Origin: Klebsormidium nitens
Taxonomy: Eukaryota > Plantae > Klebsormidiophyceae
NCBI GenBank assembly: GCA_000708835.1
Contig: DF237394.1
Location: 1 to 64,000 of the forward strand
DNA: 64,000 nt
Reading direction: 5' to 3'
Shown here: in pieces, positions 22,741 through 34,300 of the stretch
Numbering within the stretch: the first letter of the stretch is position 1
Layout of the letters: every line of letters starts with the position of its first letter
The notes under the pieces: model-generated
The model's input: the letters and a program-made list of their open reading frames with translations, nothing else
What the model was told of the DNA's origin: nothing
The model's database searches: none
Made by a program: the position numbers and the translations under genes

Positions 22741-24186
22741 GACGACTTCGAAGTGATACATGCCTGGTAGGTACGTACTACGGTGCACCAACACCTAGGA
22801 TACCGTACCTACAAAGCTAGGTTGGTTAAAACCGTAGCTGTAGGTTGCGGGTAGGTACACGGAGTGACGATCCTGACTCCCGAGTCCTGACTCCTGAGTT
22901 CTGACGTCTCATTCCTCACAGGTCTTTAGGTAAACCGTACGTGCTGGTTTCCCGAGTGACGACAGCAACGCGTGCAAAGAGTCACTGCGCGTAGACAGCG
23001 GAAGCTTGATCGCATCACGTATCGGATTCCTTCTCATCACAGCCAATCAAATGGCAAGACGTGCGAACCTGCGTCACTCAGGGTTTGCTTTGCGTCACAC
23101 TTTGCTGACGCTGAATCGATGTGTGAGCGTCACTTGTGATCTCAGCAGATTCTTAGAATCTTGTGCCCCGCAAACCCCGCTGTTAATCATTGAGGATGGC
23201 CCCCCTTTCGGGACCGCCCGGCCGGGCAGGCGGGCCCAGCAGACACTGGTCAGTAGACTCCTCCGACCGGCTGCAATTTGCCGCTCTACAATTAAACCAC
23301 GACTGTGAGACAGAGTTAGTAACTTGGTATCAAGTGTCAAGGTGTACACCAACCATTCCTTGGGACCTTGGCCCGGCGCTTATTGATATGCCCGGAATTT
23401 GAGTCGGTTCCCACAGCGATCCGAGCGCCATAGTCCGTCGATAAAAGTCAACGCAAGCCAGCGGCCGTCGATACAGATTACGGTATGCAAGAAGTATAAA
23501 CCACAATTCCTGAGTTCGCAATGCGTAAAAGTACAATACGTGCACAAGAGCCGCTATCGCAGCTCATGAAGGAGATGGCTTTCCAAGTGTTCAATATAGT
23601 ACCGTTAAAAACGGAATTTGAGGTACCGTTACGTAGACCACCTCGATCCAACCTCGCTTGTTCTTATGGCTTATCAAACCGGCTGATGATCATCGACGAG
23701 CCTGACCAACTTATTAGTAGCATGCCCAGGTTGTGTCTTGGGAAATCTATTAATGAAGGAATTTCAAGGGGGTTTGTGACATGGGCTCAAACTGTGGATT
23801 TCAATGTGTTGCACTGTCAGCGACAAATTTCACGTCTGGTGAGTCCAATGGAGCGAATAGACTGTCCTTATGTCTGAATCGATATTGACTTTAATAGTCG
23901 CTCGGTATGGGGACCCCTGCATGTGTACGTCCGTCAAGCATCATACCGAGGCCCACTTTGATTAATGACAGTCATGCCAGTACAGTACCGGGGTAAAGTG
24001 ACCATCAGATCCAACCGACGATTCGTCAACGAACCTGGGTCATGACATCTGCGCAACTTGATGCGTATCAGGCACTGTGGCATCACCCTTCGCGTTCGCG
24101 TTTATGACATTAATACATGCCCTTCAAATCACCATGATTTGAGGCCCTGCTGCAAGAATGCGTACGCTCGACATGCGCGCACGTAT

Positions 24187-27100
24187 TCATAGAACGACTC
24201 TCGTCAACGTTTGTTCGCGCTTTTCTACAGCGGCACACAGGCACTCGGGAAGGGGGTTCGCATAAAAGTACTCCTCGCCTTTCCTCGCCTCCTGTCTGCT
24301 CATCCCCTCGTCTTTCAAGCCCTTGGCTCGCACCCGCGCCTGCCCAGAGTCGCTGCCCTGAGCCGCCGCCAGCTGCTGCCAACACGTGGCAACGTCAACG
24401 TTCCCGGCAGCGAACTCGTCCAAGACCGGAATCAGCTCCTTTCCTTGCAGATGTATTGTTTTCCTATGCCCCGAGAATCGTCGGTGCCCTCGCACAGCTT
24501 TCGCCATGTTGCCCGAGAAGGTTGCGACGAAGACGTCACTTGCAACACTGATGACGTAGTCCACTGCGGCCCATTGATTCAAGTGGGCTTGCAGGGCGGT
24601 CAGCTGCGCCGGCGGGACCAGCGACTCCTGGAGACGCACGACAACTTTTCACCATGCAACCAGATTCGGATTCTCACTAGAGGTGCTGAGCCAGCGGTTC
24701 TGGTCAAACAGACTTAATGTGCAGCAGAAATAGTAGCCAGGGATCCCAGAGCCCTGTGCTGGAGCTGATCAAGACGCCGAGCAATCAGCGCGCTCCACAT
24801 TTCATTGGCTCCAGTGCGATCGGACAACGCTGAGGATAAAAAGAGCAAACAACCCGGCCGTGAGGAGCACTGCCGTCACATGGTCGCTCGCCCATTTGCT
24901 CCATGTCACTGCTCTAATTAGTATTTGTGTCGCAAAGCACCGTGAGTCCGAGGGCCATTCACACTGCTGGTAGCCTCACCTTGGTAACTAGGTTGGGGAA
25001 CTGCTCTCTAAGCGGAGCCAGCGCGTCCGGTCCGCCAAAGAGCTCCCCCGAGGCCAAGTAAATCACTGTATCGCGCCCGAAGCCGAGCGCGCGCAGAGTT
25101 AGGCCCACCTCCGAGGGGCTGAGCGGGCACCGCCCCGAGCGGCGCGCCTCGAGCGGGTTGATCTCCTTCACGCGCCACTGCGGCGTGGCCAGCCTGGAAA
25201 CGAAAGAGGGCAATGTCATGGGTTTTTCTGTCTTTATTTGGGGAGATTTTCAGGCAGAACCGTGAACAAAAGCGCAACAAGAGACTGGCGGACAAGAGAA
25301 AAGAAAGTGGGGCCAGCACGCATGGCCTACAGGGTCGGGGTGCGGATTGTTTCAGATCGGTCTGGGTTTCAGATCGGTCTCGAAGCCTCGCTTTCAGCGT
25401 TCAGGAGTACAGGACTAGGTATACATCCTAACGGAGAGTATGCGGGGATTGCACGTCCCGGTCGGGCGATATCCAAAGAACGAGACGAGAGAGAGCATAT
25501 TAGCAGGGCGTTTCCCTACGCGACAGAACGAGAGCTTCTTTGACACGAGACTTTCCTCTTTACGACATCAAGACCCACATCTCTTCACAGAAAAGCTCAC
25601 CTGACCGCTGTCAGTGCGTCTGCCTCTGCGGGCGCGAGGCCGTGCGTGCAGCCGCTGAATGCCAGCACGTCCTTCTCGTACCGCAGGTGCAACGCCACAA
25701 AGGGTCCCCGCGCCCGAAGCTTTTGCACCAAGCCGTCGGCCAGGGTGCGCATGGGCGCCGCAAAGCGCAGCGCGTGGAATGCGACCTTGCAGCGCAGCTT
25801 CTGGACTGAGGGCGGCAGCTCGTTGTTGGCCAGCGTGGTGTCAGTCTTGGCGACCTCGATCACCTGGCACGCGGGGGAGAAACAGCTGGCGGGCATGCTA
25901 GAGGGTGGGCGGAGGTTTAACGAGCATAAAAACTGCCCTGCAACGCGATAAGCTGGAAAAGGGCGTTGGTTAGGTGGAACGTCGTCTGAAAGCCAGCCGT
26001 CGGTCAGATTGATTAATCAAGAAGTCAAGAAGGACTTCTTCGCTTAAGCCAAGTGGTTTGAAGCTGCTGACATGCAATGGTTAGGACCCAGTACAACGCT
26101 TAGGTGATCTGAAGTCTGAGAATGGAGGGGCGATCTTATATTTAGCCACACTCCCTTCATTTCTGCGTGCTTTCAGAATTCACTGAGGTAAACCTATTCC
26201 AAAAAGGAATGCACCATGTGCCGACGTTTCAGTTGGCGGACTCTATCTCGACTTTGGACGTTCTCCCTAGACTGCGGGACGTCCACTTCGTCTCTCTGTA
26301 TTGATTGTGACCAGCGGGATGACTAAAAAGACAGCTCCATAATGCCGGGTCCCTCAAAATGTGACAATAAGGGCGTACCTTGTAGTTCTGCCAGAGGGGG
26401 GCGATCATGCTGTGGTAGTACTGCAGGTCGGACCACGTCTTGAAGTGTTTCCGCGCCACGGGGGCACCCTGCAGCTCTGCCGGGAGGGCAGCCACCACCG
26501 GCACGTCATCCGGGAGGGCCTCGATAAAGAACGGCAGGTCGAACAGCTCCTCAAACGTGCTACACAAAGACAGCACACGGAAGTCAGACTGCGGACTGCC
26601 CGGTGGACTGCCCGGTTGCTTGCAGTGCGGTTACTATCTATCAATGGGTTGACAGGACGCAATTTCTCCCACATGCTGAAGACCCTATCTCGGAGATTGT
26701 AGACATGCCACCACTATCTTTGGCTGCCCTGCTCCCGCTCTGACCTCGCAAAGCAGCTGTGCTGCGTCCATTTGCGTCTGTCCAAAGTCACCCTGAGTTG
26801 TAGAACGGATGCCAAAAGCACCTGCGAAGCTTGTTCTGGAATACAACTATCAGCTTTTCAGTCACCCTGTGTGGAGACAGTGTGAGGGATATGGCCCTCA
26901 CCTGTTGTCCTGCCAGAACGACCGTGCGTCCAGGTACGGCACGACCAGCGCGGCCTCCAACACTCGGGCGATTGCCACCATATCCGCGATCCCCAGCCGC
27001 ATCTGGTTCAGACCCCCATTGGCATGGACCACCAGATGTCCCTTGGGGTTCGCCAACACCCGCAGCTCAGTTTCTATGCACGGCACATCTTGATTGCCCT

Positions 27101-27848
27101 CTGGCTGCTGCCAGACACCCCCTGCCCCCTCTGTCGCTGGGCCTAACGAGCCCCTTTCTTCTCCAATGGCGCTATCAACGATCCCCAAGTTTTTGCTTGA
27201 TGAGCCCAGCTCCAACGATCCAGGGAGGAGTGTCTTCAAATCCGTGCTTCCATCCGTGTCTGGTGGTTTCCCAGATCCAGCTTCCAAGAGAACCACATCC
27301 TGAGCTGGAGTTTCCCACCCAGCCTGGTTCTCGATGGCCTGCAACTGGAAGAAGCACAGTCAGGGGTAAGACACAAACAAGCATGGCTGGGTCCCACATT
27401 GGAGTCCATAAGCCCCCGCGTGACGTCAGGGAGACAGGAACCGACTGGCGAAGGTGGTAGATAACGGGGTAGTTGTGGCATCGATCAATCTAAACATAAG
27501 CACCCCAAGCCAGGTGCTCTACTTTTGCTGACTGCGGCAGCGCTCTCCTGCACAACCATTTGATCCCCCAATCCACACCTCAACAGCATTACAGTATTCC
27601 TTCGCCCATTTCGAGCCCCACATTTGACAAGCTCCGGATGCTGCGCAGCCTACCGTGTGCGGGGGCAGTTCGGTGGCACCGTCTGCTGGTTGTACCGCCC
27701 AACGCACCACTGCTTCCCAAGCGACAGTGATGCCCACCATGCTGCACATGCTTAACAGCAAACATTTTTGGCACACTCCAACTCTCCAACGACGCGTTGA
27801 GGTTCCTGGCGATGCAGGAAGGTCATAAAAACTTGTCCTCCTTCGCAT
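24187..27848 (-). CDS. Plant O-fucosyltransferase-family (DUF246/GT106-like) type II membrane glycosyltransferase
   Basis: Exons encode [125 protein letters not shown] putative TM-encoding first exon starts at ATG 27848 (less certain). Confidence 0.9.
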
Positions 27849-28334
27849 CTTCCATGCATCTGCTCTTTGGATGCCTTCGACTTGGATGGAGTTCCATGCA
27901 AAGAAGGTGGTGCACCCTTTCAAGCAAGTACTCTTTTAACTAGTTTCAGATCTTGGTGCAATGCGGCGGAAGCACGCTGGCCAGCAGCATGTTCTCTCGC
28001 CACCAATGGAACAGGCATGCACAATGCACCATGCATGTGGGAGTCGTGGGGGAACCCCCTGCAATGGGATTCGGAACCCGGATCGGGTTTGTCACTCAGA
28101 AATTCTGATCTCGTTCGGAGTCGTGAAGGGTTAAGAAGCAAAACCCTGCGGTTATCCACTAGACCGCCCAGGGCCAAGGGTGGCATTGCCGACCGCACCA
28201 GCAAGTACTCGAGCAGGGCATCCATAGTTCACGTATGGCATGCAGGAAAAGTGAAAGTCTGCTGGGGCAGACAATTGCCGCTGAGGCCGTTCTTGTGCGG
28301 GGGTTGAAGGAACTCGTGTGATTCTGTCGCCATC

Positions 28335-31300
28335 ATGGACGCGCGGCCACAAGCGCAGCCAATGGACTCGGAGGAGGCGCTGCTGGCTGCCCAGCAGAGT
28401 TTCGTCCGCAGCATGGAGGCCTCATCTGTGCAGCTCAAAGTAAAGCGGCCGGTACCAAATCAGCCGCTGAAAGATTCGGCTGCTGCCTCCGAGAAAGCCT
28501 TGTCGGGTGCACGAACTCCAAGGGTTTCTTGGTCGCCTGAGGTGGTGGACAATGGAGGACCGACGGCGACAGAGGGCGGTGCCACGGCGATCGGAACAAT
28601 TGCGTCCAGGGGGGCAGCTGGCACAATTGCAGGAGGTGCGGGTGTAGGGGCTGCTACAAGGCCCATCAAAGCATTCTCCGCTCGTCCGACAGGCCCGTCA
28701 TTCCGCAAGGAAAGTGGTGCTGCTGGAGATGCCCCCGATGAGCCACGTGCCAGGGTAGGGGCTGGGGCAGATCTGACGGCCGGCGATGATGTCTCTGACG
28801 ATGAGAGTCTGGAAAGGGGCGATGGGGGTGGTGCAGACCCCATGTCAGAATCGGTGGATCGCCCCCCGTACGAGCCGCTGCCCACCGTGGGTGCCATCAA
28901 AGAGAAGGGCTATGGAGGGGCAGGCGCCAAAGACGCCGGCTTTGTCGCCCAAGTGCCGGCACCCCAAGCAACACCCTTCCCGGAAGCAAGGCATCGCTCG
29001 GAGGGGCCGGTGGGTGCAGGTTTCGCATTGAAAAGAGTGGATGCCCAAGCTGCAATGCTGCCACAGATGTGCCAGGAGGCTTCTTAAATATGATTTTTGA
29101 CTCCATGGTTGGATGAGCAGCAGCTTTCCCAAGCGTATCACGATACTTGACAAAATTGAAGTGAGAGGATCGAATCATGCTCCCTTGTCTTTGTGGTGTC
29201 GCGTGCCATTCATCTTGTTGGCTGGACTACGTACTGCTCAATCAAGCAATGTCCGCACAAATTTGCTGCCATTACTCTGCCGGACAGTTCTTATGTCACA
29301 TGGAATACAGTCAGCTGTCAAAAGAAAGGAGTAGAATCATTTGCTATCCTCTCCGCCATCACAATTGCACCCCTTTCTGTGTGCAGCACTGGGCCCCTGT
29401 CCCCCAGGTGGTGCTGGAGCGCCTCCAACCAGAGGCGGACAGCTCACCTCCATTCGACCCAGCCATGGCCATCCCCCTCTCTCGACCAGACCCTGCCCAC
29501 AAGAAGGCAGCGATGAGCAAGTTCCGTCAAGCTATGCTCGATAGTCGCAAGACGGGGGAGCCGAACAGTCAGCCCAAGGATCAGCGGCGGGTGATAGCTG
29601 GTCCAAAGGGGGAAGTTGCCAGGGCGCAGGCTGCCAATAGAGGCGACACCTTTGAGGGGGCAAATATTCGAGCGAGTGCGGGCAATGAGGAAAGCCGGTT
29701 GGACACGAGTTATGGTAAGCAAGCAGCGCTGAGAAGCCGCAGTGGGGGGGAAGGCACCGTAGTGGAGCAATCTGGAGCTCCTGCGCCTTCTTTGGAGGAG
29801 GAAGCAATTGACAGGGAGAATCGTGCACGTTTGGCGGGGATGTCAGCGGCCGAGGTGGCGGCAGAGCAGGCGGAGCTGCAGCAGATGCTGCCACCTGGCG
29901 TACTCGAGGCGCTCCGCAAAAGGGGGGCCAGGAAACTGGGGGCTGGGGGACATGACGAAGCGAGGAGCTCTTTGGTGGAAAAGAAGCTTGATATTAGCCA
30001 GGAGTTAGAAGAGACCAGCGCCGTTAAGAGTGCAGGCGCAAGGACAGAGAAGCCCCCGCTCCGACGGCAGCCCACTCCTCTGCCTGGCGCCATTCCATCA
30101 GTGCAAAAAGGGCCGCCAGTCAGCCTCGGGGCAATTTCTGAGGATGGGGGGGTAGAAGTGGCATCAGGCGACACAGCAATTGGTATTTCTCGTGGGAAAG
30201 AAGATCTGAAGGCACCGCCAGAACGGGTAACCCCGGCAGAAGGAACACCTTTGCGGAGGCAACCCACGCCTCTTCCTGGCGCGATTCCGAAAGCAGTCAA
30301 GTCCGGAGGGGCAACTTTAGATTCTCTCGCAGAAGACGAGGGGGAGACGGGGGACGACAGCGGTGCAGGGTCAAGAAGCACGGGAGAACGGCTGTTACGG
30401 CAGCCCACGCCGATGCCGGGTGCGATCCTGCAGCACACCCCGCAGCGGAAACCGGAATTGGGCGTCCTCATTGAAGAGGATGGGGACGAACCGGCGGCTG
30501 ACGAGATGGAGGAAGGCTTGCTCAGCACGGAGGAGGAGGTCAGTGGGCCGGAGGGCGCATCGGTAGGGAGAGCGGACGAGCTTCAAGGGGCGTTGGCTAG
30601 ACAGCCGACTCCTCTGCCTGGCGCTATTCCTGTCGTCAAAGGTTTGCGCGAGCCTGTTCTCGCTCCTTTGGAGGAAAGCCCCGAGGATGAGGAAGACGAA
30701 GCACGGGCGGAGGTGTGCAGTGCAGGCGCCGCGGGGACCAGTGGACGCTTGGCGCGGCAGCCGACGCCTCTGCCGGGGGCCATTCCGAGTCCGCGCACGA
30801 AGCCCGGGGCTGCGCTGGCGACTTTAGAGGAAGAAGAGGGCGAGGAGGATACGGGCGAAGAGAGAGAGGAGCGGCCTCCGGGACAACCAACGGACCCTGT
30901 GCCAAGCAGCAGCGGGGTCCCTGAGCCAAGCTTGCATTCCGCTTCGGAATCTGAAAGAGAGCCGGGCGCCAAAGGGGTGTCCGCGTCCTCTTTCTCACAC
31001 GCTGAGCCTCGTGTGTCTCCGCTGATGTTCGCACCGGTCAATGCGTCCGACATGCGCTTCGACCTCGATGGGGCGCTCCTCGCGCCGGAGCCCGGCGGGC
31101 CGGGCAGTGCTGACGTTACCACGAAGGTGGCGGAGCGCGACATCCTGCGGAGCGAGGGGGATCCCTCAGGTACGGGGTACTCGCTGCAGGAGGCTGCGAA
31201 GCTGGCGCGCAGCACGGTGCCGAGTCAGCGGGCGGCCGCCCTGCGCTTGATTGCAGGGGTGCTGAGGAAGGCTGTAGGTGGGATGCATGGTGGAGAGGGG

Positions 31301-34300
31301 GCGGAAAGTGACGAAAGGGGGCTCTGGAGGGGCGTGTGGGCTCGAGTGTGGGCGTATGCGCTGGGGCCAAATTTGCAGTTGGCAGTCGTGCTCAGGTGAG
31401 GCCGACAGAACGGAACCCAGAGGGACGGGTCAGAACAGCAGTCCGTATCCTGTCTGCCATAGGACGAGCTAGGGGGCAACGTTCGTCGTCTCCTGAAGAG
31501 ACCGGTGCATAATTCCGATCTGCGGAAACTCTTTTTCTGTGGGTAATTCACTCAAGTCTGGGATTACGTCGGACGGGACTCTGCGGAAGACAGCGTTCGT
31601 CTTTGAGGGAACAGCAAGAGGCGTGCCTTAGCTTGGCGAGTTCTGTTGGTGAAATGTGCAAGTGATGACATACCAACGAGCAAGCCCTTAGCAAGAAGCG
31701 CCTGTACTCCATCAGTATTCAAGCAATCACACCCATCATAGCACCATTCTCCTCGACACTGCTGCTACGCTTGATTGCTTGCATCGTACCAGAATGCTTA
31801 TAGAGGAGTTGCTTTGTGATCCGATTCATGGTTCCTCCCATGTCTCTCGTTGTTCCCTTTTTCCGCTTCGAATTATCCCCGCCTCCTTTGACAAAGTACT
31901 TTTTGCCGTGTTCCCAGGTCTGCTCTGGACGACTCCCATGCGACGGTGCTCGCCGCGGCCGCGCACGCGCTGCTGGCGCTGCTGACGGGCGTCGAGAACG
32001 AAACCAATTTTGAAGATGCGGAGGCGGTTTGGAGAAGCCCACACGAGTCTGCGTCACTATTTACGGGGCCATGCGACCGCTCGTCGGGTGTTCTGACGGC
32101 GGGTGAGCCGGCCGCACAAATATGCACCTGTTGCCAACGCTCCTTACTTCGCGCTGGTAATCCTAACAGCAAGCGACAATTGAGGGCCAGCTTGCTTCGC
32201 CTTCGTGAGAGGCTTACTTGCTCTATCAGGTCACACCGTCCGCTTTGACTTGCCAGAAAGGTGTTCTTGGACCTATTGGAACGAGGGGCATCCGGTCCCC
32301 GCAGGAGTCTAGCTTTCCTTCAGCTGTCGAGCAGTCCGTTCTCGCGGTTCACCCGCCTCTGTTAACTCCTTGTCCTTTGAGATGGTCGCTCTTACTGACA
32401 GTCCCTCTGTGCGGGCAGGGGTGAGCAGTTGGGGCCGGTGGGCGGCCCGAGCGAGCGTGGACACAAGTGCGGCCGCGGAGGGCGACGAAGTGCGCGAAGA
32501 GACGGTGGGCGACGATGCGCGGGTGGCCGCTGGTGACGTGGTGGTGGGGCTGATCCGCATGGGCATCCTGCCCCGCATCAGATTTATCCTTGAGGTGGGC
32601 GGACGATGCTACTCGGGACCAGGCTTGGCGAGATGCGAAGCAAGGAGCGCGGGTTCGGGGGCGAGTTCGGATGGGTGTCGTCTTCCTTGCTTTTCGGGCA
32701 AGCGCTGCAGCAATTGGCAGAAACATGCGCAATTCTCGATCTAAAGTTGACGGGAAGTCCGCCTATACCAGCTGTACGATTACCTTCGCTTCTTAAGATG
32801 CGGTGTAGAAGACGATTTGACACACGCCGTTCAAGGTTTTGCCGTGCTAGAATATGAATCTTCCATGACTCGCGCTTCAGAAGATCAGCTCAAGCGAGCC
32901 TTGTGGCTGCCATCTCGGAGCGTGGACTTCCTGCTGTTTGCAGCCTCTTACTGTGCAGGGCTTACGGTGATTACATGATTCAGCGCCCTTCTACGCTCTG
33001 ATAGCTGTTAGGGAAGCGGAAGCACGAAGGAGAAAAAAGCAGCCGCTCAAGCAAAATACTGCTTTTCTTCTTCGCATTTTGAGTATTTTCCTAGCTTAAG
33101 CATTTCACTCCGCAGGTCCTGAGCCTGCCCGCCCTGGACGAGCCCCTCTTGGCCACGCTGGTGACCCTAGCCCGCCACTCGGCCGCGGCAGCCCGCGCGG
33201 TCCGCGACTGCCCGCGGCTGCTGCCCACGCTGCGGGGCATCTTCGTGGGCGTGCTCGCGCCTGCAGTGCGCTCCCCGATACCCAGCCACACCGCGCAGGA
33301 GACGGCGGTCAAGCTGCTCACGGTGAGTGCCTGCGGTCAAGCACGATACCCGGTTGGCCGAGCGGGATTGACCCACATCATAGCGATTGTTTGCTCTCTA
33401 CTCGTTTCTGGAGGCGCGGATTGCGCCTCCTTTTGAGGGCCAAGAGTTGCATGTTGGTGAGGGTGGGTGTGCACTATAACAGTTCTGAAGGCAATTAAGA
33501 GCTGCACTCTGCATGCATCATTTTTGTAGAACTAAGAAAACCTCCTTGCAGAGCTAAGACCAGCTTTGTTGGCATTCACCTTCTACATCACGTCCCTGAT
33601 GGCCCTGCTCTCTTTCCCCCCGCTCTCAGATGCTGTGCCTGGCAGACCGTGCCTCTGCCGCCCTGGTTTCCGATACGGGCCTCCTCTCGTTGGCCAAGCG
33701 CCACCTTGTGTCCCGGCCCCGCGCACCCCTCCGCTTCCCGCCCGCCTTCTCACGAGTGCTCCGCCTCTGGCGCACCTGTGCGCTGTACGGCCGGGGGGGC
33801 GGCTCTCTCTCGGACTACTACGGCGCCCTTGCGGTTGTCCTCGAGCCGCCGGCGGGGGACAGAGCCGCTGCAGAAGCAGCCCCCTGGGGAGAAAGCGCTG
33901 AGGCATACCTGCTCTTGGAGGCGTTAGCTCGGACGTTGCCGAGTGGTCGGGAAGACGAGTCGGCGGACGAGGAGCGAGCGGAGGTGCTTTTGGACTGGGC
34001 AACGGTTGGGCCTCTGGTTGAGACGGCCACAAAATGGCTGAGCCCCGGGGTACTGGGGGCGCTTCCTGAGACGCGGACAAGCCCAGGTGGTGCCGCCCCC
34101 TTGCACGCGCTGGCAGCAGCCGTGCACTTCCTGGCGACCGTCGCGGAGAGGAACGCGGGGCAGCTAGGTCGCCTCGAAAGGGCCCTGGTCGACGCTCTGC
34201 TCGTCGAGGGGGGAGGCCTTCGCACCGCTGCTTCGCATACCAGCCCCAGTAGGGAGGGCAAACGTCCGGTGGGCGACGATCCCAGAACGGAGCGCGAGGT

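Noticed and set aside
25333-25382. GGGTCGGGGTGCGGA plus a 17-bp tandem repeat in an OFUT intron as a fourth G-rich-core copy
   Set aside because: Only about 15 bp match and there are no TIRs; could be chance.
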